Notes: generated by a model not told the origin, from the sequence alone. 63,612 bases of DNA, filler included, from Chiloscyllium plagiosum (GCF_004010195.1; 4 parts of one record of this genome joined end to end with filler, not necessarily neighbours in it), one strand, 5' to 3'; positions 1-13,404 are shown, numbered from the whole stretch's first letter. Numbers and translations: made by a program.

Positions 1-335
1 GGATTCCCTCCAACAACTTGTCCACCACCGAAGTCAGGCTCATCGGTCTATAGTTCCCTGGCTTGTCTTTACCGCCCTTTTTAAACAGTGGCACCACGTT
101 TGCCAACCTCCAGTCTTCCCGCACCTCACCTGTGACTATCGATGATACAAATATCTCAGCAAGAGGCCCAGCAATCACTTCTCTAGCTGCCCACAAAGTT
201 CTTGGGTACACCTGACCATGTCCTAGGGATTTATCCACTTTTAACCATTTCAAGACATCCAGCACTTCCTCCTCTCTAATCTGGACATTTTGCAACATGT
301 CACCATCTATTTCCCAGTCACAGTCTATATCTTCC
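1..335 (-). mobile_element. CR1 LINE ORF2 fragment
   Basis: Reverse strand encodes a segment similar to the VPEDWRLANVVPLFKKG...PGNYRP stretch seen in other CR1 copies in the window. Confidence 0.85.
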
Positions 336-1346
336 ATACTGGTTCACTTGGAAAATGTCTCTGGATTTATCAATTCAAAAGTCATAGCCTACAGTAACAG
401 GAAAGTTACTAGTTTTCTTTAGGTTTCAATGGAGTTTTTGCAAAGAGTTGACAGCTTCTGGGCTGGCACAGCTCTTTCTCTCTAACGTTTCAAGCTCCAA
501 GCTGTTGAGACACCCAAGAACCAATGACATAGCTGTTTGCAAGCAAATGATCTTTGTCATCAATAATTGTCACTAGTTCACAGACCAATCAACTTCTTGT
601 TGCCAACAGGAATGACTTCAGTACATACCCTTGGCTCCAGGTCATCTGCGATTTGAATGTCAAGCACTGCTTGTTCAAACAGTTGGCTACAACGCCTGCT
701 TTGGGTATCAGGTTACTTGCTTTAACACCTGCAGCCAGTAAAAACAATTCTTTCTCATTTCAGTCCCCAGTTTATAAACCCACAAAAATAAAACCACATG
801 GTCCTTCCACCACCATCATCTTCCTTGCTGCCAATTGCCAGTCACTGTTTTCCACCACACAACTATTATCATAGTCCCATATGTCATGTTGTTGCTAATG
901 CCATTTAGAGTTATAGGCCCACACTTCAATGGTCCTGGGGGGACTCTGCACAACTTAAAAATGGCGAGCAGATCTGGATGTTCAAATCCAAAATGCATTT
1001 CTGACTAATCCTATTTTCGCACCAAGGAGAAAGGGGGCAGTTTACGATCGTCACAGAAGGGAAACCTGAATGCAGCAGGGCCTCTTGAACTTGGAGCTGA
1101 GTTCTAACAGACCACATTTTTGGTGTAGCAAAAGCAGGTGTGAGACACACAAACATTTAGAGTAGAAGTAAATGCTCTTGAAGAATGGATAGAGTCTGCA
1201 GATATGAAGTGACTTAAATCACCAATCTTTTAAAAATTAAGAGAAAGAATATATTGTTGCGCACAAAGTACAATAAATTATTCAAACTTCAGGAATTTCA
1301 GCTTAGTCAAATGATAATTTTTGTAAAGATATGCTGTCAATCTTAC

Positions 1347-1433
1347 TTTCTGATCTGAATGGCTTTTCGAAGATTTCCAGATTCAAATTGTGAATTGAAT
1401 CTTAATGTTTCTCCATCTTCTGGTACTGGATAG
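1347..1433 (-). CDS. AGTPBP1: AGTPBP1 internal exon (S)[28 protein letters not shown](K), start of the CCP N-domain
   Basis: 87 nt; acceptor ctcacttag, donor AA|gtaaga; contains the FESGNL motif of M14D cytosolic carboxypeptidases; preceded by a 106-bp intron. The next exon lies beyond the window start. Confidence 0.95.
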
Positions 1434-1539
1434 CTAAGTGAGATAAGGATATAAAAATGCATTGAATAAACATATGAGACAACATTATACATGAACATTA
1501 GACAGTGGAACTAAAGTTGACTACAGACAGCAAACTCAC

Positions 1540-1623
1540 CTTAGAAAATCAAGATCATATACAATTTTGTCAATAATGTCATTTGCATGGATCAGTCTCT
1601 CAATATCTTGGAATATTTTTGCT
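1540..1623 (-). CDS. AGTPBP1: AGTPBP1 internal exon (R)[27 protein letters not shown](S)
   Basis: 84 nt; acceptor ctatcacag, donor AG|gtgagt; phase 2/2. Resembles AGTPBP1 [22 protein letters not shown]. Confidence 0.94.
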
Positions 1624-2376
1624 CTGTGATAGAAAAAATGTTAATTGAACACGTAGCAAATTGCAGTAAAGAACGATGAAACAGATATTATTTTACAAAG
1701 TTGCACAGTGCTGACATTAAACTAGCTATTCCATAAACCTAACAAGAGTAAAGCAAGTAAAAGTTTATAAAGAGTATCTGCCAAATCTTTTGAAAAAAAT
1801 TCACAAATCAAATTTAGCGGTATTATATGGAGTGTAAATATAGCTCTATATTTTAGTGGACTAGAACCCTTTCCTATACTTAATAACTAAACTAGTTGAT
1901 AATGGCTATCAAAATAAGCTAAATTTATATAACAAAGGCAGTGTAATATAATTTCATGCTATGAACATTATTTATAGTTTTTTTAATGCTCATTCAATGT
2001 TGTAACATAATATATTTATTCTAATTATTTTCTGATTTAAATGTTAAGATGGTTTCGTACATTATGAATCATCTTTTAAGGTATTCATAAGGTATTGAAA
2101 TTTTTTTTTTACACTTTCCATGTTAAAATACATATCAGATAAATACACAAAAATTCAGTAAGATATAATCATACATGCCGCTAATGAAAATATGAATCTG
2201 CTTTCCTTACGCTCTCTCATTTTTATCATCAAAAGTTTACAAAATTCAGGCTTGGCATACCAAAGCACAATGTTACCATTCATTATCTTTTGCAAATTTT
2301 TCAATTCTGGTGTTGCCTCTATCTTCGATTGAAATTTCTCTTTTTTTTTGTCATGCAATATCACCATCCTACTCAC

Positions 2377-3164
2377 CTTTGTACACCGTAGGGTCTTTCT
2401 ATAAGATATTCCTTGAATGGAGGTGGAATGTGTCCAAAATAATCAGGATATGCTACTTCATTGTATTCAGGTACAGATTTAGTCTTTTTAACAACTTCAA
2501 CATAAAGGTCAGAGTCATGAAGTGGTTGCAAAACACCAGGCTCCGGTAATTCAGAAATTCCTGGCTCTTCAGAGCTTATAGAGGACTCATCCTCTGCATC
2601 AGTGTCAATACCAGAACAGCACAACTGACCCAGCTGAGAACCAACCTGTTGCCAAGACGGAGGCTGGCCAAATGGTGAAGTAAATAATGACTTTCCACAA
2701 CCAGAGAGCTGTTGACAAGTTTTGCTACAGGTATCCCCCAGTGTCAAAAGGCTGGGCTTAGTCTCAATTCCGTTCATGTGCCTCGAGTTCCAACACTTAA
2801 CATCATTAGAAGCATTTTTACAATGCAAGGACATACCATCCAAGCCCTTAGCAATTTCACTGTTCAAACATTGTGTAGTAGTATGGCCATTTTGTTTAGA
2901 ATACTGCGAGTTTACACTATTTTTACTCTGCTCTTTGTTTTGCAGATCTAAAAGTATCGGTAGCTTATGGTCCTGTGCAACTCTGCGATAAACATTAGGT
3001 AGAATCTGCTGGCTTTCCGGTGTATTACTTTCTTTAACAGAAACTTTTATCACTTTGCTGGTTGATAGCATCTCTTCTCCTGCTGTAGGCACAATAATGG
3101 GTCCTGGCTGCTGAATATCAGCCCTTGATACACTGGCATGGTTTTTTCCAGAAAGGTTATATGC
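2377..3164 (-). CDS. AGTPBP1: AGTPBP1 large internal exon (AYNLSG...GPIIVPTAGEE...LHDSDLYVEVVKKTKSVPEYNEVAYPDYFGHIPPPFKEYLIERPYGVQR)
   Basis: 788 nt, open frame (overlaps ORF 2373..3092); acceptor tttattctag, donor AG|gtgagt; phase 0 in, 2 out. The VAYPDYFGHIPPPFKE...ERPYGVQR motif is characteristic of CCP1 and closer to AGTPBP1 than to my recollection of AGBL1. Confidence 0.95.
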
Positions 3165-4117
3165 CTAGAATAAAGGAAGCAGAAATAAACTAAAAATAAA
3201 TATTGTGGTTATGGCTTGGACAAGTTTATCAATATAAAATTCCAGACCATGCTAGAATAATGTTTGAGGCAATGCGTTCTTCAAACTATTGTAGTTCACT
3301 ATTTCATTTTATATATAAATGATCAAACTGTTAATAGCTGCGAACCCAGATTTATGACTCGTCTTCATGCCTATCAGTAACGAAAAGCCAGCCTTATGTT
3401 TAGAGTTATTAGAGTAGCCAGCTCTAGAAAAGTACTTTGAAAAGTATTTTATTCATTTCAGAGTTCAACCTGGATAAATAATATTATGGAAAATATTTCA
3501 ATCCGTTTTTTACACTGTTGCAAATTTACTCATTCTCCCTCATGTCTTGAAGACAACAAGTCTTTGCTGGAGTATAGTTGCACTGGTGCTACAGGCATTG
3601 CTGCCAAGGACAGGGAAAGGTTTGTTGGAATGAGGAGTGGGCTTGGATGTCACAAAAGTGAATAGATCGTTTCAGGTGACTGATATGGTGGATGATGATC
3701 CACTATTGAAAGTGAAGGCTAGTGGGGATAAGGGCAACCTTATACTGGGAGCAGGTTGAAAGTGTGAAAACAGAAATGTGAGAAACATAGAAACAAGAAA
3801 CACAGAAGACAGGAGAAGTAGGTGATTCAATTATGATTATGACTGCTCATTGATCTCCATATCCTCAGCCTACACCCAACTTCCCTTGAATCCTTTAGAC
3901 ACAAGAGCTATATCTACCTTCTTTTTGAAAACACACAATGTTTCTGTACTAGGGAGGGAATTCCACTTGCTCACCACTCTCTGGGTGAAGTAATTTCTTA
4001 TCTTATCCTTAAAGATTTATACCTTTTCCTTAAACTATTATCCCTGGTTCTGGACTCTCCCACCATTAGGAGTATCCTTTCTGCATTCAACCTATCTTGT
4101 CTTGCTAAAATTTTATA

Positions 4118-4342
4118 CATGATTTGGAGATGCCGGTGTTGGACAGGGGTGTAACAAAGTTAAAAATCACACAACACCAGATTATAGTCCAACAGGTTTA
4201 ATTGGAAGCATAATAGCTTTCGGAGCGAATTTCTGTGTTACGATCGAGCCCTCCACTATCACCTGATGAAGGAGCATCGCTCCGAAAGCTAGTGTGCTTC
4301 CAATTAAACCTGTTGGACTATAACCTGGTGTTGTGTGATTTT
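4118..4342 (+). mobile_element. Palindromic non-autonomous PLE terminal insertion (family B) with hammerhead motif
   Basis: Inverted arms about 4160-4228 and 4277-4345; TSD taaaattttata at 4106-4117 and 4343-4354; shares its end with the PLE at 19079-20550. Confidence 0.8.
4260..4294 (+). ncRNA. Minimal type I hammerhead ribozyme motif (PLE family B)
   Basis: cac-CUGAUGA-A-GGAGC(AUC)GCUCC-GAAA-GC-UA-gug: full core, 5-bp stem II, 3-bp stem I, palindromic AGCU in place of stem III. Confidence 0.75.
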
Positions 4343-5354
4343 TAAAATTTTATAGGTTTTTATGAAAACAACCCCTCATTCTTTTAAACTCTAGTGGAAA
4401 CAATACCAACCCCTCCAATCTCAGGAGCAGTCTTGTGACATTCTTAAAATAGGATGGTGGTTTCAAACTGTGCTCCTAAGAAGGGAAGGATACATATTGA
4501 ATGAGGTTACGCTAGAGTGAGGAGATAGTGTTAATCCCAGTGCACAGGTGCTTGGATAAAACCATGAAGAGATTATTTAAAGAAGAGTACATTTAAGCTC
4601 AAGAATAGGATAGCTCCAGGCAGGCAGTATCTGCATTTATAATCTAAAAATTAAACTTACAAGTAGCTTAAACCTAATAAGGCATTAGATACAGGGACTC
4701 TGGTGTGACAGTATTGAAGAAATGTTATTTTTGGAGGTATTGTACCAGCAATATGTTGTGGGTAGTGCACAAAAGCTGTTGTTTTCTTTAAATTTATAAA
4801 GGAGTGTTTTGAGTTTAATGGGATAATATTTTAATATATGTTTAAAAACCTATCAATTTGTAATATAAGTAAATAGGTTGATTTAGTTTATTTTAATTTC
4901 TTTTGTTGATAAACTTCCATTAATCAGTTAAAGCAAAATTTGCAGCATGTGTGCTAATGTTTCAGTGACTGATCACTTCATTAAAACCAAAATATATCAA
5001 AATATGATTGATCAAACCAGGTTCCTATCTGGGATCAGACATTTCTGGTAATAACATCAGCTGAAGTCATAGCAATACTTTTAAACAAGATATTTTTGTT
5101 CTTCCAGATCTTTGAGATAGTGAAGTAGAAGAAGAAATAACAGATTTAAAAGCAAAAGAAGGATAAACAAAGAGGTACTCCCTCTGGCATGGACCTTAAG
5201 TAAGTATTAGTAAAGTCAAACACTTGGCTTCACATCTGTAATGATTCCATTAAAACAAGTTAGTAAGTAGACCATGTAGAAACCTGAACCTCTTCATGTT
5301 ATATTCAGCAGCCTTCTGAAATGCCCCAAAATTTTGTTGGCCACAAACAATTTA

Positions 5355-6665
5355 AAATAAGAGTTTTGGTCTTATTATCTGAGAAAACATGCACTGGCTA
5401 TGGAGGGGAATGCCACAAAGATTTACCAAACTGATTCCTGGGAATGGTATTTCTGATGAAAGGGTAATTGCAGAAATTGTATTACTGATGACCGGGGAGT
5501 GCAGACCTGGAGTGACTAAGGATACAGGATAAGCCATTTAGGACTGAGGTGAGGAGAAATTTCTTTATCCACAGAGTGGTGAGCCTTCTGTAGCAGAGAG
5601 CCTCGGCAATAGAAAGTAGTATGAGGCCAAAGCATTGAATGTTTTCAAGAAGGACTTAGATATACAGAGGGTATGGGGAGAAAGCAGAAATAGGGTACTG
5701 AGTTGGATGATCATATATGATCACATTGAATTATCGAGCAGGCTCAAAGGCTGAATGGCCTACTCTTATTTGATTTGTTACTGTACTTAATAACTACAGG
5801 TCCCAATTAGTGCTTTTTATGTATCCACGTTGGAAAGATCATGCAGCAGGACAAAGGAAGGGCTTATGCCCGAAACGTCGATTCTCCTGTACCTTGGATG
5901 CTGCCTGACCTGCTGCGCTTTTCCAGCAACACATTTTCAGCTCATGCACCAGGACAGGCCAGGGCAGGGCAAAAAAGACAAAGGGAATACACAATCAATG
6001 GTAGGACTCTGAGAAGCACCGAATATCATAGGGTCCTTGGTACGCTTTACGCTGGCCTCTTAAGGTATCAGAGCAGGTGAATAAAGTGGTTAAGAAGGCA
6101 AATGGTATACTTGCCTTTATTAGTCGAGGCACAGAGTTTAAGAGCAGGAACTGTACAAAATGTTGGTTAGGCCACCGCTATATTATTGCGTGCAGTTCTG
6201 GATTTCATATTATCAAAGGGCTGTGACAGCACTAGAGAGGATATAGAAGAGATTTACCAGGATGTTGCTTTTGCTGGAGAGTTTCAATTATGAAGAGAGA
6301 TTGGACAGACTGCAGTTGTTTTCCTTAAAAGCGACAATTGAAAGGAGACACCATTGAAATGTATTAAATTATGAGGTGTATAGATAGGGTAGACAAGAAG
6401 AAACATTGGAGGGATCATGCCCAGGTAGCATAAATTTAAGCTAAGGGGCAGAAAGTTTAGAGGAGATGCAAGGAAAAATGTTTTAATTCAGAGGACGGTG
6501 GGAATCTTATAATTACTGCCTGTAAGTATTTTGATGTGTGTGTAGAATGCCAAGGTGTATAAGGTTATGGCCAACAGGGATTAGAATAGTTCAATGGCGG
6601 TTTTTAAATAGGCAGATGCAAGGGGCCAAAAAGCTTTTTTGTGCTGTAGATCTCTATGACTCTAC
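5355..6665 (+). mobile_element. Two decayed CR1 3' fragments (about 5355-5770 and 5945-6665)
   Basis: Typical CR1 C-terminal motifs (YCVQFW, RRFTRML, FFxQRVV) with frameshifts. Confidence 0.75.
5854..5941 (+). mobile_element. Short PLE family A terminal insertion
   Basis: gaagggcttatgcccgaaacgtcgattctcc...; TSD tcatgca(g/c)caggaca at 5839-5853 and 5942-5956. Confidence 0.8.
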
Positions 6666-6684
6666 AGTATTATTTTACTGCATT

Positions 6685-6893
6685 CAGTCAGTTCTGCTAT
6701 AATGCCCATTCCGTCAACGCAAAGTGGCTATAATGCAATTGAAGAATTTAGACCATTATTTGTAGAATGCAAACTTTCCTTAGATGTATTGGTTATAATG
6801 TGATTCTAGTCCTATTGGTTTAAATGGTTAAATGATTTTTTATAACACGGATTGCACAGGAACGGAACTATTGTTTCAAATCAGAACAGACCG
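6685..6893. mobile_element. MITE, Tc1/mariner-pogo-like
   Basis: Imperfect terminal inverted repeats cagtcagttctg / cagaacagaccg followed by TA; non-coding interior. Confidence 0.55.
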
Positions 6894-7869
6894 TATATAA
6901 TTTTTTTTGAGTTATTTTCATTGAATTAGTTCATCCCAAATCTCTCTGCATGGTTGTTATAGCCAGACTTGCTCAGAGTTAAAGCTATTATTTCATACTT
7001 ATCTGATCATCGTTTCTAATTTTGGTTTCAGAACTAAAGTCTTGTGTCCATGTTTAGATGAAAGCTACAACAAATTGAAACTGATGACTAGAGAGTGATA
7101 TAGTAGCTGACTCCTTCCAACATCTTTGGATGAGTGGGTGCAAGCTCATAAGACAGTACTACCCAGATTTGATTCGCTATCTTTTGCGGACAAGATGAGC
7201 AATTTTCTACATTATCCAGTAGATGCTAATATTCCAGTGCAACACAGCAGGTAGCCAGGAATTGTGCTATAGTTTTGGAGCACAGAGCTTTACCACACAT
7301 CTGGGATGGCATCAGGGTCTGTGATCTTAATTATGTTCAAGGATTTAGAGATAGGGGAGACCGGCAAGTCAATTGTTGTCAATTTTTAGCGGTTTCTTTT
7401 CTCTATTGAGGTCTTTTCATTGCCACTCCTAAGCTACAAATCTCATTCATGAGACAGACACAATGAAAATGTGCCATATTCAGCAAACGGTAGATGGCAG
7501 ACCTGGTAGCAAATTTAGTCAGTTTCCATTATGTTGCTAGCAACAAAGAGAGAAATATGCATCAGGAGCCAGCAATACAATTGGTCACTGATATTAATAT
7601 GAAGTTACTTTTTATATGCCTGACTCAGGCACTCAAAAACTCTTGAAATGTGTGTCTCTCAATAGCTGAAAAAGCAAATTGGGCATTGTTTGTTAGAAAC
7701 AACTCAAGAAACCTGTCAAAATGGACTATTTTGACTTTAGTTTTCAGATATGTTTGGCAGCTTTACTGTCAGTTTATGCCATCTGTGTGAAACCAAAGTT
7801 TCAAGACGTGCAAGGATGGTGTAGATCTCACACAGTGTATAATAAAGGAATTCAAAATGCTGCATAGCA

Positions 7870-8447
7870 GCTTGAGTTGAAAAATGTGGCGCTGGAAAAG
7901 CACAGCAGGCAGCATCCGAGGAGCAATAGAGTTGAACTGGATCTGGGATGAGGTGGGGGGAGGGGAGATTTGGAAACTAGTGAAGTCGATGTTGAAGCTG
8001 TGTGGTCGAACGGTCCCAAAGCGGAAGATGAGGTGTTCTTCCTCCATTTGTCAGGTGGCTTAGATTTGGTGTTGGAGGCGGTCCAGGACTTGCCTGTCCT
8101 TGGGGGAGTGGGAGAAGGAGTTGATGTGGTCGGCCACAGGGGAATGGGGTTTTGAGTGTGTGTGTCCCAGAGATGTTCCTAAAATGCTCGGCGAATTGGC
8201 ACCCTATCTCCCTGATGTACAGGAGACCATATCGAGAGCAACGGACGCAGTATGAGGTGGATAGATATGCAGAAAAACCTCTGCTGGATGTGAAAAGATC
8301 CTATGGGGCCTTGGCTGGATGTGAGGAGGGGAGGTGTGGCATAGGTTTTACACCACCTGTAGTAGCAAGGGAAGGTGCTGGGTGTGGATGATGGGTTGGT
8401 GGGGGGTGTGGGCCTAATGAGGAAGTCACTGAGGGAATGGTCTCTGC
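7870..8447 (-). mobile_element. Penelope-like element family A fragment (GIY-YIG endonuclease region)
   Basis: Reverse strand gives RDHSLSDFLIR...C..C...FHIQQRF and MEEEHLIFRFGTVRPHSFNIDF, homologous to 31004-32680. Confidence 0.85.
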
Positions 8448-8696
8448 CAGGTATATCAATATACATGCCTTCTCAAACATTCTACAGTATTGGAATTATC
8501 CCTGTTGACTTTTCATATCGCTCCTTTAGTGTAAAACATAGCACAGCACTATTTTACTGAACAGATTTTACAGATACAGAACTTGGTTTTGACAGCACCA
8601 AGGAGAAAGCAAACAAACGCCAAACGATGCAATGCTACACAATTCTGAAGTGCCTCATATGTAAGTGTACAAAGCAGAATGGATTTTTTTTCTTAC

Positions 8697-8813
8697 CTGA
8701 AAGTCCTCTGTAAGCTCTGGGAAAAACTGGTTGTATACTTCCAGTTCTTCTATTGGTCGCCCCAATTCATGAACAGGCTTCAACTTGTCAATATCAGTTT
8801 CAATATCATCATT
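8697..8813 (-). CDS. AGTPBP1: AGTPBP1 internal exon [39 protein letters not shown]
   Basis: 117 nt (39 codons); acceptor ttctctcattcag, donor CAG|gtaaga; phase 0/0. Resembles the AGTPBP1 segment [13 protein letters not shown]...FPEL..DFQ. Confidence 0.92.
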
Positions 8814-9329
8814 CTGAATGAGAGAAAACTTTATTTTAAAATGTTTTATTGTTTATTATCAGAGCTCCAACATGACTGGAAAATATTTTGTCATCAGAAT
8901 GAAGCAGTTAATTTTATGCTGATTGTCATATTCTTCCCATACGTGTAAATATACATTCTATTTAAGTCTGGAAAATTTTACTGATCGTATTACATTTTTT
9001 AAAAACATATTCTGAGTAGTAAAACAAAATGTTTCATAACTTACACACAGCAAGTTTTCAAAGTTTATAAATAGCACTCAAAGCCTGTGATCAGGATCAA
9101 CAACAGAAAAAAAAATCAAATTCCAGATGAATGCAAGCCATGAATTCACTTTGGAACTTTCCAAACTGCCCCTCAGAATATAAATTAACACAAAAATTTT
9201 CTACTATCTTCTAAATAAAGAAAAGGTTGTATTGAATAGTATAGATAATAAATTGGGATATATTGAGATTTTCTTTTTAATAATAAAAAAATTCTGCTTT
9301 TACATAATTATCTAGTGAAGCAACAACTT

Positions 9330-9660
9330 GGATCGGTGGTTAGTGCTGTTGCCTCACTGTGCCAGGGACCCGGGTTTGATTCCACTCTTGGGCAACTGTC
9401 TGTGTGGAGTTTCTCTCCTTGTTTGCACGGGTTTCCTTTGACTGCTCTGGTTTCCACCTACACTCCAAAGATGTACAGGTTAGGTGGATTGGCCATGCTA
9501 AATTGCCCAGTGTCCAGGGATGTGCAGGATAGGTGGATTGGCCATGGGAAATGTGGAGTTATAGGGATGGTATGGGTCTAGGTGGGATGCTCTTCAGAGA
9601 GTCGGGGTGGATTTAATGGGCTTAATGGCCTGCTTCCATGCTGTGGGAGTCTATTATTCT
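9330..9660 (+). mobile_element. tRNA-derived SINE (HE1/V-SINE type)
   Basis: gtggttagtgctgttgcctcac...cgggtttgattcc box A/B remnants; body matches the other copies. Confidence 0.8.
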
Positions 9661-9959
9661 GTGAACCTAGAAACCCTACTTCAGTCTGGACTTAGCCACA
9701 CAAGAAATGAAAAGGGATAGGAGTGCCCTGTATGCATTGTGGAATATTCAGTGGCCAGGATTGAGAAATTTAAACTAGATATTCTCATAATAGACTTCTG
9801 TTAATCAAAGTGCCAAATCAAATTGTTCTGGTGTCCAAGGAATTAATAATTCTGAAAAATGTATACTGCGCTAATAAAGTTTTCAATGGAATCAAGAAGT
9901 GAAAATCAGAATCAGGCCTATAAGTTTCAAGGATTAACAGTGACGGTTCAGATAATCAA

Positions 9960-10085
9960 GAGAGAGTGAGGACTGATGATGCTGGAGATCAGAATCGAAA
10001 AGTGTGGTGCTGGAAAATACACAGCAGGTCAGGCAGCATCCAAGGAGCAGGAGAATCAATATTTTGAGCACAAGCCCTTCATCAG
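9960..10085 (-). mobile_element. Short PLE family A terminal insertion, degenerate hammerhead
   Basis: Reverse complement of ctgatgaagggcttgtgctcaaaatattgattctcc...; imperfect TSD gttc(a/t)gataat. Confidence 0.75.
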
Positions 10086-11334
10086 TTCTGATAATTAGCA
10101 GACTAAGATGGAAGAAAGGTAGAAAATGTATTTACGTAAACAAAGTTACAGGAAATGCGTCAGAGCCAGGAAACTATTTCATGCTTTGGCCTATGAAAAA
10201 TGCATACCATAGTTCAGGGAGATACATCTATGCCCACATGAAATCATTAGATCAAGTGAACAGGACAGGATATTCACTGTTAACGTGGCAGCAAGAAGCT
10301 TATGAAAGTAGTTGCCGATTAGTGTCCCAAAGAGAATGGAGATAGTAACTAGCCTAATAGGAAGGTTAGTGGGAATACCCAGGAAGTAGAAATATATGAG
10401 CAGGTTAGGGAAATAGAGAATGCGAAGTCACATTAATGGCTATACTTTACAGAGTGAAACTCACAGAAAATCTGGGATTGGTATAAACAAACAAGTCAGT
10501 TGATTTATACAAGAAGATCAAAGCCAGATTTTTTTCTGGGACAAGGACAACTGACACAAGGATACCTTTTGGCTACCTAAATATAGCAAGGATCAAGAGA
10601 CTGTCATCAATCACAGAAATAGTTGCTCGACATCACTTAATCCTAATGAGAGATCAGCGTAGGACAAGGAGACTGGACTATGCAATATAATAGATAATAG
10701 AAGATATTAGGACTGTGCCAAAAATACATCATCGTAAAATTCACAATATTCAGGCAACAGGACTGGTCAATCAAAATGCGGGTGAAAAAGTATTGGATTT
10801 AAAGAGCGAAAGGAAAGCTAGTTTTCAGGATATTAGCAGGGAAAGGCAGGGTAGATAAACCATAGTCACCACCGCAGGAGTTACCTGTAAGATGGTTCCA
10901 GCTGCAGATTCTATAAAATGTAAGGTTTGAAAAAAAAAGAAACCAAAATATCGCATCACATGGCACGTCATAAATTGATTGGGCGATGAACATTGCTGCT
11001 GCTTTGACTGAGGTCAAACAACAATCAGTTTATTAATATTTAATACTTTAAACATTGTTAACAAGTGGGGAGTTGTTCAATTTCATACATCTATATGTAA
11101 GATTTATAAAGTATAAGTAGGGTTATTCACAAGGTTTATTATCATGGACAAAACTTTGCAAGCATTGATAAAGTTTATTACCTGTAGTGAGATTGATTAG
11201 CTGCAACAAAGTTATTAGTTAATAAATTTTTTTAAAATTGCAGTGAAGCTGTGCAATATATAAACAGTAGGGTGCTTTCCATGTCCTAGATAAGCAATTG
11301 TGTAAGAAATGTCATCAGCTGCAGCAGTTTGAGA

Positions 11335-13400
11335 TCCAGGTTTTAGATCTGGCTCCCACTTGGAGCACTGTGAGCAGATGTGGGCACCACACTCTAGGAA
11401 TGACATTTTAGCCCTGGAGGGAGTTCCACGCAGGTTTTCAAGATGAAATTTAGACTTAAGAGGTTAAGTTATGAGAAAAGATTAGACAAATTAGCCCTTT
11501 ATTCTCAAGAATTTAGAGGGTTAAAGAGTTATCTAATCAAGGTTTTTATGATATTAATAGGGAAAGACAGGGTAGGTAAACTATTTCCACTGGTTGAAGA
11601 TTCTAGTACCAGGGGCATGGTCCAAGAATTAGGGCCAGGTAATTCAGGAGGGATGTAAGAAAGCATTTCTATATGCAAAGAGTCATATAGGTTTCTGACT
11701 CTCTTCCTCAAACAGCCATTGATGCTAATTCAATTGTTAAGTTTAAAACTGAGATAGAATGAATTTTATTGAGCAAGGGTATCAATGGAAATGGACCCAA
11801 GGCAGGCATTGGAGTTGGCAACAGATCAGCCATGACCTTACTGAATGGTAAAGCAGGTTCGAGAGGCTGAATGGCCTACTTCAGTTCCTATGATCCTACA
11901 TAGTCATCTTATAGTCCAAAGGTACACAGGGAGGCAAGGAATGGGTGAACACAGGAAGGTAGTGTAGAAAATACTCTGAGTTAATCTCACTTTCTAACCG
12001 AAAAGGAGATAAATCCGGATTAAGGTCATGGCTCATTTGGGCAGTGTAGCCAGAGTCAACTTCATGATGCCAAAGGTGGCCTAGAAATACAGTGAGGCAC
12101 AAAGACTGATAGAACAACAGTTATTGGAGATTTCTTAGTTAGGGGAGCAGATAGATGTTTTTGCAGTCATTGATGTGAACCAAGGATGGTAACTTACTTT
12201 TCTGGTGCAAAAATCAAAAAGGTCACCAAGTGGCAGCAGAGAATTCTGGAGAGGGAGGCTGAACAGCAAGAAGTCATGGTCCATACAGTTAGCAAGGGCA
12301 GAGGTAGAAAAAAGGATTACATCCTCTGAGTAGTATTTGAGTAGTTAGAAAATTGATTAAAAAGCAGGATGTTAAAAAGTCGTAATTTTCAGATTACTGC
12401 CAGGGAAATGGTAGCTGGGTAATACAAAGTCCCTCATGGTAGGCTGGTCTAGAAGATTAAGTCACATGGAATCCATGGTGAGTTGGCAAGTTGGGTATAA
12501 AATTGACTTGGTCAGAAAAGACAGAGGGTAGTTGTGGAGAGGTGTTTTTCTGTGACCAAATGGTATTGCACAAGCATCAAAGCTAGGATGTCTGCAGTTT
12601 GCAATATATATAAATGATATGGATGAAAATGTTCATGGTTTGATTAGTTAATTTACAAACAATATGGAGGTTGGTGGAGTTGTGGATATCAAGGAAGGTT
12701 ATCATAGGATACTGCATGATATAGATCAGTTGGAAAGTTTGGGCAGGGAAATGGCAGATAGTGTTTAATCTGGACAAATGTGAGGTGATACATTTTGGGA
12801 GGTCAAATGCATGAGGAAAGTATACAATAAATAGCAGGACCCTTAGGAGCATTGATATATGGAGAGATCTTGGGGTCCAAGCACTTGGCATGCTTGCCTT
12901 TAACAGTTGGGGCACTGAATATGAAGTTGACAAATCATGTTTAAGGTCACTTTTGTTGAGGCACATTTGCAGTATTATGTGCAGTTCTGGTTACCATACT
13001 ATAGGAAGGATGTGGAGGCTTTGGAGACGGTGCAAGGCAGGTTTACCTAGATATTGTCTGGATTGGAGTATATTAACTATTAGGACAGGTTAAACAACTT
13101 GAGATTGTTTTCACTACAGCATCAGGGGCTGAAGGACGACCTGACAGAAGTATATAAACTTATGAGAAGCATGGATAGGATGGATAATTAAGAGTCTGTT
13201 TTCCAGAGTGGAACTGTCAAATGCTAAGGACAAAAGTTTAAAGGAAATGTGCAAGGATATTTTTTTCCCCACAGAAAGTGGTAAGTACCTGGAACATGCT
13301 GCCAGGTGAGGTGTAGAAGCATATACATTAGTAAAGTTTAACAGGCATTTAGACAGACACATGGAAAGGCAGGGAATAGAGGAATATGGACCATGTGTAG
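11335..13400 (+). mobile_element. Decayed CR1 fragments: 3' end at 11335-11900, ORF1 esterase plus ORF2 remnants at 11940-13400
   Basis: RLRGDL/YCVQFW-like motifs and an ORF1 remnant ttattggagatttcttagttagg (IGDS-like). Confidence 0.75.
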
Positions 13401-13404
13401 ACAG

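Larger units (their letters stand above)
3785..4430 (-). mobile_element. CR1 LINE 3' end, decayed, interrupted by a PLE-end insertion
   Basis: Reverse-complement similarity to CR1 3' ends (QRVV/NSLP region, tgtttcttatgtttct-like tail). Confidence 0.7.

Noticed and set aside
2373..3092. 239-aa ORF as a stand-alone gene
   Set aside because: It is the large internal AGTPBP1 exon; its start is a GTG and its stop is the tga of the gtgagt donor.
4434..5074. Solo LTR (tgtgaca...tcatagca); similar candidate at about 53578-55077
   Set aside because: TG...CA-like ends but no TSD or PBS that I can verify.
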